Source of the DNA: Blasia pusilla
Taxonomy: Eukaryota
Direction of reading: 5' to 3'
DNA length: 64,000 bases
NCBI GenBank assembly: GCA_050084515.1
Contig: CM114271.1
Location: 47,554,001-47,618,000 of the forward strand
Shown here: positions 54,101 through 64,000 of the stretch, in pieces
How the letters are laid out: every line of letters begins with the position of its first letter
Position numbering within the stretch: the stretch's first letter is position 1
Translations under genes and position numbers: made by a program
Notes under the pieces: model-generated
Seen by the model: the letters and a program-made list of their open reading frames with translations, nothing else
What the model was told of the DNA's origin: nothing
The model's database searches: none

Positions 54101-54565
54101 TATCCCCTAGGATTCATCCTTGACTTCTGGGAGGAGACCGTTGCTTATCGGCCAGGATGGCGGTCAGGTGACGGCCGGATGAGTCAGTTACCCATGCAGT
54201 TTGCGGGACAAGGTGGTCGATCACTAGGCGAGTCTGTGACCACGTTGGCGGCTTTCACAGGTAGTGTTAGCTGGCCAGGAGAGTTGTTGGAGGGGAACGC
54301 ACATGCGGAGGATGTCCCAGTAGCGGATAGTCCCACGGAGAGACAGGCCATGGCGGGTGTCTCTTCCCATGTTGGCAAGGCCTCTTCACCATTGTGGGGT
54401 ACGACTCGAGAGCTACAGAGGAGTGACGACGACCTCGTGAGGCAGGCGTGGAGTCATGTTTTTATCCCAGAGCAGCGAGAGTCACGTGGCAATCGGGCTC
54501 TTGGAGTGGAGACATTGACCCCACTGGATACCACACCCGTTGTGTGGCAGTGCCTAGAGGAGGGT

Positions 54566-55515
54566 GTTAGGGTGTTAGATCTTTTCAGAGGGATTAGCAC
54601 CGGATTGGCTGCACTATTGCAGGCGGGCATACGGGTGCATCAGTACCTTTATGTGGAGAGAGATGAGACCGCACGGCAAGTATCATTACGTCACGTGGCG
54701 AGATTGGTCTAGAGGTATCCTGAGTTGTTGCCGGTATCTGCAGTACGGGGATATCAGCATACACTACATGCCGACATCTCTTTGGTGGGGGCGCAGGATC
54801 TGGATAGAGTTGGCACCATTCATTTGGTGATTGCTGGATGGCCATGTTAGGGTCATTCATCAACTGGCCGAGGATTTGGATTGCAGGATCCGAGGTCAGT
54901 GATGTTTTGGGAGATGCTGCGAGTAGTACGACACTTGCAGGAGAGTCAGATATGTTCTCCAGGGTACATTTTGGAGAACGTGCCGTTGCTGGAAGACACT
55001 CGTGCACGTGTGATGACGAGTGTACATCAGGTGAGGTCTTGCTTGGGACATGCTGTGTTGTTAGATGCAGCGAGAGTTGGGTCACGTGCCCATCGTCCAT
55101 GACTGTGGTGGACGAACCTGATACCATCAGAGGTACTGAGTCGAGCATACGGTGGAGTCCAGAGAGCACCACATCTCACAATGGATGCTATTTTGGGCTC
55201 AGGGCGTCGATCTCAAGTGGTGATACGGGATGATAGACCACCGTTGGCTATGGCCAATAGGATGGGGGAGTTGAGGGCAGCCTTACCTACGTTGGTGAGC
55301 TTCCCAACATCCCATGCCTTTCGTCAAGGAGGGCTAGGCATGATTTGGGATGAGGTGACCGGAGCATTGGAGGAGCCTAGAGCAGATGAGCGCAAACGCG
55401 CCATGGGGTTTGCTACCGGTACTACGGCGGTGCCAGGGATGACTGAGGCATCCCGGAGATAGGTGTTGGGGCAGGCGATGGACCTCAACTGTCTTACATG
55501 GATAGTCAGCCTAGG
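54566..55515 (+). pseudogene. C5 cytosine DNA methyltransferase domain, DNMT3-like, in frame with the protease
   Basis: Motif I VRVLDLFRGIS; II YVERD; III ADI; IV LVIAGWPC*GHS (Cys 54845-54847); V GLQDPRS; VI YILENV; VIII DAARVGSRAHRP*LWWTNL; IX ERKRAMGF; X RR*VLGQAM. All lie in one frame with four in-frame stops. Confidence 0.88.
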
Positions 55516-55899
55516 TATGGCTGAGCAGAGACGGATGCAAGTGTCATCCATGCCGTCACGTCCACGAGTTGGACCATTGCCTATAGGGTCTGTACAGGCA
55601 TTGGCTGGGGGCGAGACGAGGAGAGATAGGCACCCATGGACTTCTTGGGACGTCGTTCGAGCAGAGAGTGTGAAGGCGGCTAAAGTAGCACATGTTCATT
55701 TTTTGGATGTGAAGCATGGTGTAGGAGGTCAGAGTGGAGTGGCTGTTGCGGAGGTGGCTAGGGTTGCTACATAGCAACCAAAACCGGAGGTTGCGTCCTC
55801 TCCAACTGAGGTCACGATGGAGACTTGGGAGCCTGTGACTGGAGTCTCAAGTTGATAGGAGGAGAGCGACGGCGAGTTCATAGGTTTCTGAGAGGGCAT

Positions 55900-57250
55900 G
55901 TCAGTTGTTTTGCATTCAGTATGAGAGACTTGGGTACGCTAAAGGTCCCGGGATACGGATTGAGTTGGCTAGTGATACGCCGATCTTTCGTCGATCCTAC
56001 AGGTATTCTGATATGGAGCGAGCCTTGATTCAAAGCAAGAGTCAGGACTTGTTGGAGGCAGGACTTGTGGAGTTATCACATGGGGAGTATGCATTTGCCA
56101 CAGTCATGCCGGCGAAGAAGGATATGTATGGCAATTGGACGGATAGGCGGATGTGTGGAGATTACCGTCCTATCAACCGACAGACGAGGTCAGATTGGTA
56201 CGCCATGCCTACTCCTGAGGAGATCTTTGATGCGGTAGGGCATGCAAAGATCTTGATATTTTTAGATCTCCGTCTTGGCTATCATCGCTGGCCCTATCGA
56301 GTTGGAGGACAGGGAGAAGACAACATTGTGGGGGATAGATTGGTTCGGGAGAGATTGCTTGTATCAGTGGTGGTTCTTACCATTTGGGTTGAAGAACGCG
56401 CCTGCAGAGTTTCAAAGAGTGATGGATAGGATTCTGGCTAGCTTGGATTTTGTACGATGTTACATAGATGATATTCTTATCTTCAGTTCCACGATTGAGG
56501 AGCATGAGCGACACTTGGAGGATGTGTTTAAGCGATTGCGATTACATGGGTGAAGTTACATCCGAGCAAGTGCAGATTCTTTCAGGAGCAGATTGAGTAC
56601 TTGGGACACACCATATACCCGAGTGGGTTAGGCGTTGATGAGCGAAGGTAGAGGCTATTTGCAGATTCCACGCCCTCTGAGATGTGAGTCGAGTTCGAGC
56701 ATTTCTTGGACTGGCCAACTTCTATCGATGGTATGTCAAGGGTTTTAGTGCGATCGCAAAGTCTTTGACCTTGTTGACGAGACTTGATCAGGTTTGGTTG
56801 TGGGGAGATGATCAGGAGCGAGCATTTTAGGAGCTCAAGGACAGGTTGTCGTCCTCACCCATTTTACAGAGACCGGTTAGGGGTCGCCCATTCCAATTAC
56901 ATACAAATTGGAGCATGTTGGGTCTAGGAGCAGTGCTTACTCAGAGGGATGACGAGGAGAGGGAGTTCGTTGTGGCCTACGCGAGCCGATCGAACAACAT
57001 TGCAGAGGTGAAGTACAGCTCCTACGAGGGAGAGTGCTTGGCCGCAATGTGGGCCGTGGCACATTTCAGGTGCTATTTATTCGGCAACCCTTTCACACTT
57101 ATCACTGATCATCAGCCGTTGAGGTGGTTGATGGAGTCCGACAAGCTTACGAGAAAGCTTGCCAGGTGGGCTCTATTACTGCATGAGTATGAGTTTGAGG
57201 TGGTTCATAGGCCAGGTTGGCTAAATGAGGATGCGGATGGGTTGAGTTGT
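55900..57250 (+). pseudogene. pol: Reverse transcriptase and RNase H (Ty3/Gypsy type)
   Basis: RT: RMCGDYRPIN, LDLRLGYH, PFGLKNAPAEFQRVMD, YIDDILIFS. RNase H: LHTNWSMLGLGAVL, AYASR, YSSYEGECLA, LITDHQPLRWL, NEDADGLS. Confidence 0.93.
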
Positions 57251-57649
57251 AACCCATGTCCGAGTCAGAGAGACGATACAAGAGCTCGATGGCACGGAGA
57301 GAGTGATGAGGAGATGGTGCCCGGTTGGCATGCATCTGCCTATCTTTGTTGGTTGACTATGGCAGGTCAGCCACAGGTGATGACTGTAGCGGTGGGGTTG
57401 GATGATGAGTCTTTGGATCCGGAGGTTAGTGAGGAGGTGACAGGTGGTTGTGATATCCATGACGATGTGGAGGTTGTGGAGTTCTTGCGCACTGGCGTCA
57501 TTGCAAGAACACTGAGTGCTAGGGAGCGGGATCGGATCCTATAGAGAGCCAAGAGGTTCAGGTGGGAGGGGACTCACATTTTGCGGGTGTGGGGAGATGG
57601 TAGGATACGAGTGGTAACCCATCCTTCCCAACGAGCACCTGTAGTGCAA

Positions 57650-58893
57650 CATGCCCATGAGGAGTTGGGACATTTTGGAGTAAAGCGTACTTACAGCTTA
57701 CTCTAGGTTCAGTATTGGTGGCGCGGCATGCAACTGGGGTACAGCAATTTGTGGCTAGATGTATGGTATGTGACAGAGTGCGAGCATCCTTCAATGCTCC
57801 CACTCCGCAGTTACATCCTTTGCCGATTATGGGTTTAGGTTATCGGTGGAGTTTAGACTTTGCGGGACCTTTGCTATTGACGGGGCGTCATAATAGGTAT
57901 GTCCTGGTCATGGTGGAGCATTTCTCCAAGTGGATAGAGTTGGTGGCACTACCAGACAAGGCAAGCAAGGGAACAGCTTATGCGTTTCTAGATCGTGTGC
58001 TTAGTCACTTTGCTGCACCGACGGAGGTGTTGACTGACCAGGGTACCGAATTCAGGGGAGAGTTTTAGGCCTTGTGTGATCAGGGGTTGATAGATCACCG
58101 CACCACGTCCAGAGATCATCCTGAGGCGGATGGATTGGCGGAGAGAGTGGTACAGACGGTGAAGAGAGGATTGCGCAAGTATGGCTTGCAGCGGGGACAC
58201 TTGAGGGAGTGGGACCTACAGTTGCCATGGTTGGCTATGGATTATCGCTTTAGTCGGCACACATCCTTGGCATCATTTTCACCGTACTTTTGGCTCTTTG
58301 GGAGAGAGCCAGATTTACCTGCAGCGATTCGAAGTGACATGGCGGAGGTGTTAGATCTTGATGATCGAGATGTGTGGATACAAGCATGTTCTCAGAGGGC
58401 AAAAGTTTTTCGTAGAGTTATGCCTATGGCCTTTGAGAACTTAGCTATTGCCCAACATAGAGATACATTGAGGTACGCGACCATTCGTGGAGGAGGTTAT
58501 TGTCCAGGGATTAGGAGGTTTCATCCTGGAGATTACGTGTATTTATAGCACGCGGCACCCACGAGGCTAGATGTCACTGCAGGGCGCACGATCCTACGTG
58601 TGCGTGAGGTATTACCGACCGAAGTCCTCATGTTGGAGGGACGGGATGGTATGGTTTGGAAGGATCATGTGCGCAATTGTGCGCTATGTCATCTTTCGAA
58701 CGTAGATGGGACGGTGGATCCGAGCTTGGCAGTGGTACCTGCAGGCTTGAGGTGTATGTTGTGCGGATCTGCGAGGGGTGGAGCCACCATATTGGTATGT
58801 GATGGTTGTTCTCGAGGGTGGCATATGTCATGCCTGAACCCCCCTTTTGATGTGGTTCCCACGAGACGATGGATGTGTCCGAGATGTGTATAG
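57650..58893 (+). pseudogene. DDE integrase (HHCC + rve) with C-terminal PHD finger
   Basis: HEELGHFG...CMVC zinc domain; catalytic region WSLDFAGP, LTDQGTEF, ADGLAERVVQTVK; FHPGDYVYL; C4HC3 finger CMLC...LVCDGCSRGWHMSCLNPP...WMCPRC then stop at 58893. Confidence 0.9.
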
Positions 58894-58935
58894 GGTAGTA
58901 GGTCATGTCAGAGAGATGTGATATTTTCTATCTGG

Positions 58936-58970
58936 AGTTGGGGGGATCCAACTGCCAGCTAGGGGGGCGG
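58936..58970 (+). other. Polypurine tract AGGGGGGCGG preceded by a small hairpin (agttgg-ggggat-ccaact)
   Basis: Lies directly upstream of B1. The same arrangement is conserved at ~37668-37700. Confidence 0.7.
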
Positions 58971-59728
58971 TTGTGTGATCTCCATGTATATGTATGAGTT
59001 GATTTTTTTACATGTGTGGATGGACCCGTGTGTGGGGAAGATCGATGTTTTGTGGTGTAGATGTGACCAGCGATGTATGTTGTGTAGCGATGTGTATGCG
59101 CACGACAACTGTCTCATCTGAGTAGCCGATAGGCCGAGATCTATCGTGGATAGGGAGTAGGAGCCAGCAGACTATCTTGAGTGTAACTTTGTCCCACATT
59201 GTTGGATGAGATTGAGGATAGGTCCATTGTGTCAGGAATGTCGTTTCTGACAACTTTCATATTGAGGTCTTTTACAGCCGGGTGACTTGTTGACAGTCAC
59301 CGCCCCTGGTAACTTTGTCAGGCACGTAGGTTACCAAGGGGAGGACTATTTTTAGGGGAAGAGCCTTTTGGTTCTTCCCAACCCTATATAAGAGAGGAAG
59401 ATGGCTTTCCTAAGCCAATTTTCTCATGTTGGGCCGTTGGAGCACCTCCCTTGTATGTGTGTGAGATAGGACTAGGGTGGTAGGGTCTGGATTCCTTGAT
59501 AGCACAGGGTGGACGAGGCTCGATATGCCGATGTAAATTGAGGAGTGGAGTTTTAGGCCGGGTGTGCCGTTTTTACTACTCTTTATTTTTGTTGTGTGAT
59601 CTCCATGTATATGTATGAGTTGATTTTTGTACATGTGTGGATCGACCCGTGTTTGGGGAAGATCGGTGTTGTGTGGTGTAGATGTGACCAGCGATGTATG
59701 TTGTGTAGCGATATGTATGCGCACGACA
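58970..59728 (+). repeat. 3' terminal structure B1 (58970-59107) - AC - A2 (59110-59590) - B2 (59591-59728)
   Basis: B1 and B2 are both 138 bp with 6 mismatches by eye. B ends CGCACGACA and A starts TGTCTC. Confidence 0.92.
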
Positions 59729-59730
59729 AC

Positions 59731-60328
59731 TTAGTTAGCTGACTTGTAGAGTTCTACAGCGTTGACACATAGAATGTCAACAAGTTGTTTAGGTGTAACT
59801 TTTACCTGAGATGTTGGATAAGGTTGGCGACAGGTCTATTGCGCCATAAACATCATTTTTGAAGAAATCCCTATTTTGGTCTTAGTCAGTCAAGTGACCC
59901 CTTGATCGAGTCAACGGTCACCCGATGACCTGTGCATACAAATTACCATTTGTAGCTATTTTTGGGGGAAGAGCCTTGGCTCTTCCCAAGGCTATAAGAG
60001 AGGGAGAGAATGGCTTTCCCAAGCCATATTTCTCATGTTGAGCTTTTGGATCACCTCTCTTGCATATGTGTATTGGAACTAGGGTGCTAGCGTCCGGATT
60101 CCCTCATAAGAGAGGGTGGATGTGGCTCGATGTACCGATGTAGATTCGGGAGTGGAGTTGGCCGCGTGAGCCGTTTTTATTCTAATTTTGCCGTGTTGTC
60201 TCAATATACATGCTTGAGTTCATTTCTTGTATGTGTGTGGATCGACCTGTATATTAGGAAGATTGGTGTTGTATGGTGTGGATGTGATCATCGATATGGA
60301 TTATGTAACAATGTGTATGCGCACGACA
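59731..60328 (+). repeat. Diverged A'-B' copy of a related subfamily, directly abutting B2
   Basis: Aligns loosely with A2-B2 along its length (gggaagagcc...ctataagagagg...ctagggtgctagcgtccggattcc) and ends gtgtatgcgcacgaca at 60328. Confidence 0.8.
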
Positions 60329-62934
60329 TTCTTCATTTTTTTCTTTTAAAAAATCATTTTTTTGATGAGAAATTATATTAAAAAAATATTAATAAGGGAG
60401 GAATGAGGACTAAGGGATTTTTTGAGAGAGGGAGGAGAGGGGGTGGGGGCCGAATTTAAGAAAAAATATTTTAGTTTATTTCCGCTATTAGTTGGTAGTT
60501 GTTTCTTTAATTTCTTTTTAATATTACCCAATACTAAATTAAAATATAGAATGAGCAAAAGGTTTTGTAATTACATCTCCTTTCATTTTTTAAATAACAT
60601 GAGATTTTATATAAATTTCTGAATCTTCTTAAGTCTCTCTTTTATCTTCATCATCTTCTCTATATAATTTTGAATTATTTATCCGAAGTGCACAATTGAA
60701 TTTGAATGATCCTATTGGCTTAGACAATTAACGATTAAATTAACGATTTTATTGGTTGAAAAGGACTTGTGTCAAAAATAAAAATAATCTCAAAATGCAA
60801 AGACGCTCTCCAACAAAAAAATAAAATAAAATATATTTTAGATAAATAAAATTTTAAATTTAATATGGACAAAAAGTAAAAAAATAAAAGAAAATATTGG
60901 AACAAATTATTCCTCAAATTTCTGAATGAAAGTGATCGAAAACTAAAAAGTGAGGATGTTTTGGTTAAAATCGCCTTGAAATCACCCGAAGCTGGTTCGG
61001 GAGAGTCTCGGGGGTCTCCACTTGACCCAAGAAAGAAGGGCCCCTAGGGACTCAACCCATAGTTGCAGACTCTATGGGGCCGCGCCAGACGCCCATAAGT
61101 ACCCCATAACGTTTTAACTCCGTGGGACCTCACCGGTGCAATTGTAGAACGCAGCCGCAGAGAATCCACGCATTCCTCAGAGTTCGGTTCTACGCTCGGG
61201 CGGTACGCTCTCCTGGAAGTGGACGGGCAATGCGAAGGTTCGAACTGTGCCGCGGCGGCTTCTGTGGACGTCGTCGATGGTGAGTAGGAAGGATCGAATG
61301 GATATCTGCACGTTTGCTTAGGTCTCAGCAACAGCGGTCGCGTTTCCGTGTGGACCTGTGTATGAATTCCCTCCCGTACTCTGAGGGTTCCTCGTCATCG
61401 CACGACGGATTCCGTCTTTCCGCGGCTGTTTTAGAAGCGTCTATGTATTTGTAGGTGTGTGGTGCCGTTCAGCGGGCGATGATGCTAAGATCCATTGGTC
61501 ATCCCCAAAGAAGACAAACCAATGACTCCGGAGAAAGTAGGATGAAAATTTGCGACCTAGATTGATCTTTTAGATTGACTTTCACTTTTCGGGTAGATTT
61601 GCATCATCAAGGACGGCATTGAAGACGTCTCCCCTCCTCACCGATCCTCGCTTGACTTCTCAAAACGCCGGTGACCGACAGCATTGCAGGGTTGAGGGAA
61701 CCCGCAAAGATACATTTGACGGCTTTCCGTTAAAGTAGGGCATATCTACCTGTTCAATCCAACCGTCATTCAAGCTGACGGATCCGAGATTTACGTCAGA
61801 GCAGGTTCGGTTGTCTCAACGAAAGCCACCTTCGACTAATTGATTGAAGCATGATACCTATTCGTGTAACTTACATGTCAGTAGTTTTGTGAAGATCTGC
61901 TCCGTGGAGTGTTCACTTCCTACTTTAACGCTCTGAACTCCCATTGGTTGAGCAAACCGGTTTAGTCGTTGATAACAACAGGCGAGGCTGGCTTCAACGC
62001 GAGTCCGCCGATAAATATAGCTAGTAACGGTGATAACAGAGTAGCAGGTAACAAGGGGTTTGAGGGGAGAAACCTTTGAAAGCGGAACGAGTTGAGGGGG
62101 TGCCGCGTGACATGGTAGAATGCATTCGGAGTGAAGGTAGTTCTTGATCCTTCATCCGTGTCGTTAGGTCAAGGGTTTGGTTAATGCATGGCCGAAGGAT
62201 CGGAGAATCTGATATATGTCTGAAAATCGATGGTGTTTATGGTGTTTCTTCCTGTCCCAATATTTGAGGTAGATGTAATGGTGACAAAGTTTTTCTGTTT
62301 GTCTCGTTCCAATTGTGGAGTGTTGGTAAGACCCGTCCTATGACCGTTTGGACGATAATTCTCCTTGGTACCATTTGGAGTCACACTAAGATGCATCGGT
62401 CCCATCATCTCTCATCATAAAGATGATAGTGCATTCAATTGGATTTGGAAATTGTTACTAATGATAGGAATAGGATGGAGTAAGCCACATGAGCTTCGGC
62501 ATTCATAAAGATTCATTTGATTATGACATAAGTCCACACGATATGGACTTTGTTCACATGCAACCTTATATGATGCGGACGCCTTTGCGGTTATGATACG
62601 AGCATGGTGGGTCAAGTGCGGGATGGTGGGCCAAGCGGGTTGGAAGTTGGGCCAGGCGTGGGTTGGTGAGAAGGCGGGATGGCAGGCGGGCTTAGTGTGG
62701 GCCTCTCTCGGGCCGAGAGGACCAATTGCAAACCCTATCCACCAAGTAGTATGAAGTCTACAACTATAATACCTATGAAGCTGTACTTTAAGTTGCGGAA
62801 TAAATTTCAAGGCAATCACTTCTTTTTTGCAATAAAATCCACAATATTGAGGGAAATAAACAATCAGATTGAGAGGGAAAAAGTTATGTTTACAAACGGC
62901 TTGACGCACAAACCTAGAATTCCCTTTCCAGATA

Positions 62935-63138
62935 TGTAATGACGTATTTCAAAAAAGAATTCACTTAAATGAGTGAAAGAAAGAATTGAAGTAGCTAATG
63001 AAAAACTATTTCTCGAATGGAGATGATGAGCACGATCCGTAAGGAATGAGTCAAACATGTCCCTTATAGCCCCATATATCTCTATGGCTAAGGGGACCAA
63101 TAAATTCCCATCATGAAGGAAACTATAGAGATGGGTCT
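62935..63138 (-). pseudogene. Possible non-LTR retrotransposon remnant (restriction-like endonuclease C-terminus)
   Basis: LVPLAIEIYGAI...FL resembles the F-x-P-x-A-x-E-T-x-G motif of RLE-type LINEs. It is short and truncated by the W insertion. Confidence 0.3.
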
Positions 63139-64000
63139 TGTCACGTCTCTTAGGATAGATCGGTGAGATCTAGTAGAGCGCCTTCGTGAGTAGCGGAGGA
63201 CAGGCTCAGTAGGTCAAGGATGACCTACTGAGGCCCCGGGAAACTTGAGAGAGTAGTTTTCCCCTTCGTTTCGGCTCATTTGGAGTCATATTGAAAAACT
63301 TACTATTTTAGTTAAGTACCATTTTGAGTATGTGATCAACTTTATATTTTTGGTAAGTGACCCTTGACCTCCTACATCAGGTCCAGAGCCAAGGAGTTGA
63401 CTTGGGAGCATAGGTTACCATGCGGAGAGCTTGGGAGAGGGGAGGTGTATACCTCAAGGGGAGAGACCTTGAGAGCTCATTCTGTCTTTGTTGAACCTCT
63501 TGGCATAAAGTGGCGGAGCCATGGTCCCTAGCGTTGAGAGTATAACCCAAGCCTCTCATTAGGAGAGTGGATTTGGTTTGACATGAGTGAGAGTGCAAAC
63601 ATGTGAGAACTATGGTGTTGTGAGAGAGATTGGATCTTATTTTGCAAAGAGAGAATGAGTGAGTGAGAGAGCTTCATGGTGGAGCTCGCTGGTCACTCAT
63701 TGGTTTTGCAGGTTGGGGATTGTATTCCTTGTTCACCGGTTAATGGGAGTGCTCACCGGAGCAAGAGCCGCTTACTTGTGAACATTTCCTTTGCCAATTT
63801 TTCATGTGGAAGAGTGGCGCGCGGAAGTGCTACCCAATTTTTAATAGGAATTGAGTATAGGGGCGGGTTGCCCCATGCCGGTGCTCTCGAGAGCATCATG
63901 TAACTTGCTGATTTGTATTTTTATAGGTTTTACATTTTTGTTGGGAGAAATCATCGCGGTAGCGCTACCAAATTTTGTGGAGGAGAAAGAGACATTGGGC
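63139..64000 (+). mobile_element. 5' end of a family W element: repeat A (63139-63644) followed directly by self-complementary PBS and internal sequence; continues beyond the window
   Basis: Starts TGTCACGTCT. It is the reverse complement of ~28545-29053 and diverges from that copy right after ggatctta, exactly where CAAAGAGAGAATGAG (63645-63659) begins. Confidence 0.75.

Larger units (their letters stand above)
49931..59728 (+). mobile_element. Ty3/Gypsy-type retrotransposon (gag-PR-DNMT-RT-RH-IN-PHD) with split direct repeats A1 ... B1-A2-B2; decayed
   Basis: Gypsy domain order PR-RT-RH-IN with all catalytic motifs. Repeats are A1 49931-50376, B1 58970-59107, A2 59110-59590 and B2 59591-59728. 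There are multiple stops and frameshifts. Confidence 0.92.

Noticed and set aside
54566-55515. Host DNMT3/DRM gene or bacterial restriction-modification contamination
   Set aside because: It is intronless, in frame with the retroviral protease and enclosed by the element's repeats. Motif order is I-X (not DRM-permuted) and no endonuclease is adjacent.
49931-59728. DIRS/PAT/Ngaro tyrosine-recombinase element, suggested by the split repeats plus a methyltransferase
   Set aside because: No tyrosine recombinase motifs were seen. The element has an aspartic protease, Gypsy-type RT/RH and an HHCC-DDE integrase, and the MTase is C5 type (PC, ENV) rather than the adenine type usual in DIRS1.
58970-60328. 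CRISPR-like or satellite array
   Set aside because: The units are long (138 and ~480 bp) retroelement terminal repeats without unique spacers.
61020-62100. GC-richer block that might be a gene 5' region
   Set aside because: No convincing ORF, splice pattern or RNA-gene motif could be supported.

Overview
Eukaryotic, intron-containing land-plant DNA; the gene set and repeats suggest a bryophyte, but the species cannot be fixed from the sequence. There are four host genes: WDR48/LRS1 (minus, runs off the left edge), the deubiquitinase UBP22 (plus), a SAMHD1/VEN4-type dNTP triphosphohydrolase (minus), and a mitochondrial-carrier gene of the aspartate/glutamate (AGC/citrin) type with a very long N-terminal extension (minus). 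The rest is a transposon graveyard: Helitron, PIF/Harbinger and Sola-like remnants plus LTR-type repeats. The standout is a decayed ~9.8 kb Ty3/Gypsy-type retroelement at 49931-59728. Its pol carries a complete DNMT3-like C5 cytosine methyltransferase between protease and RT, and a PHD finger after the DDE integrase. Its ends are not paired LTRs but split direct repeats (A ... B-A-B) with an internal GACA-AC-TGTC junction. It has no tRNA primer site; instead the primer-site position is complementary to its predicted mRNA 5' end, as in Tf1 self-priming. A second, sequence-divergent family in the window (28413-29053 and 63139 onward) shows the same split-repeat and self-priming logic. Exon and repeat boundaries were read by eye and are approximate unless a motif is quoted.
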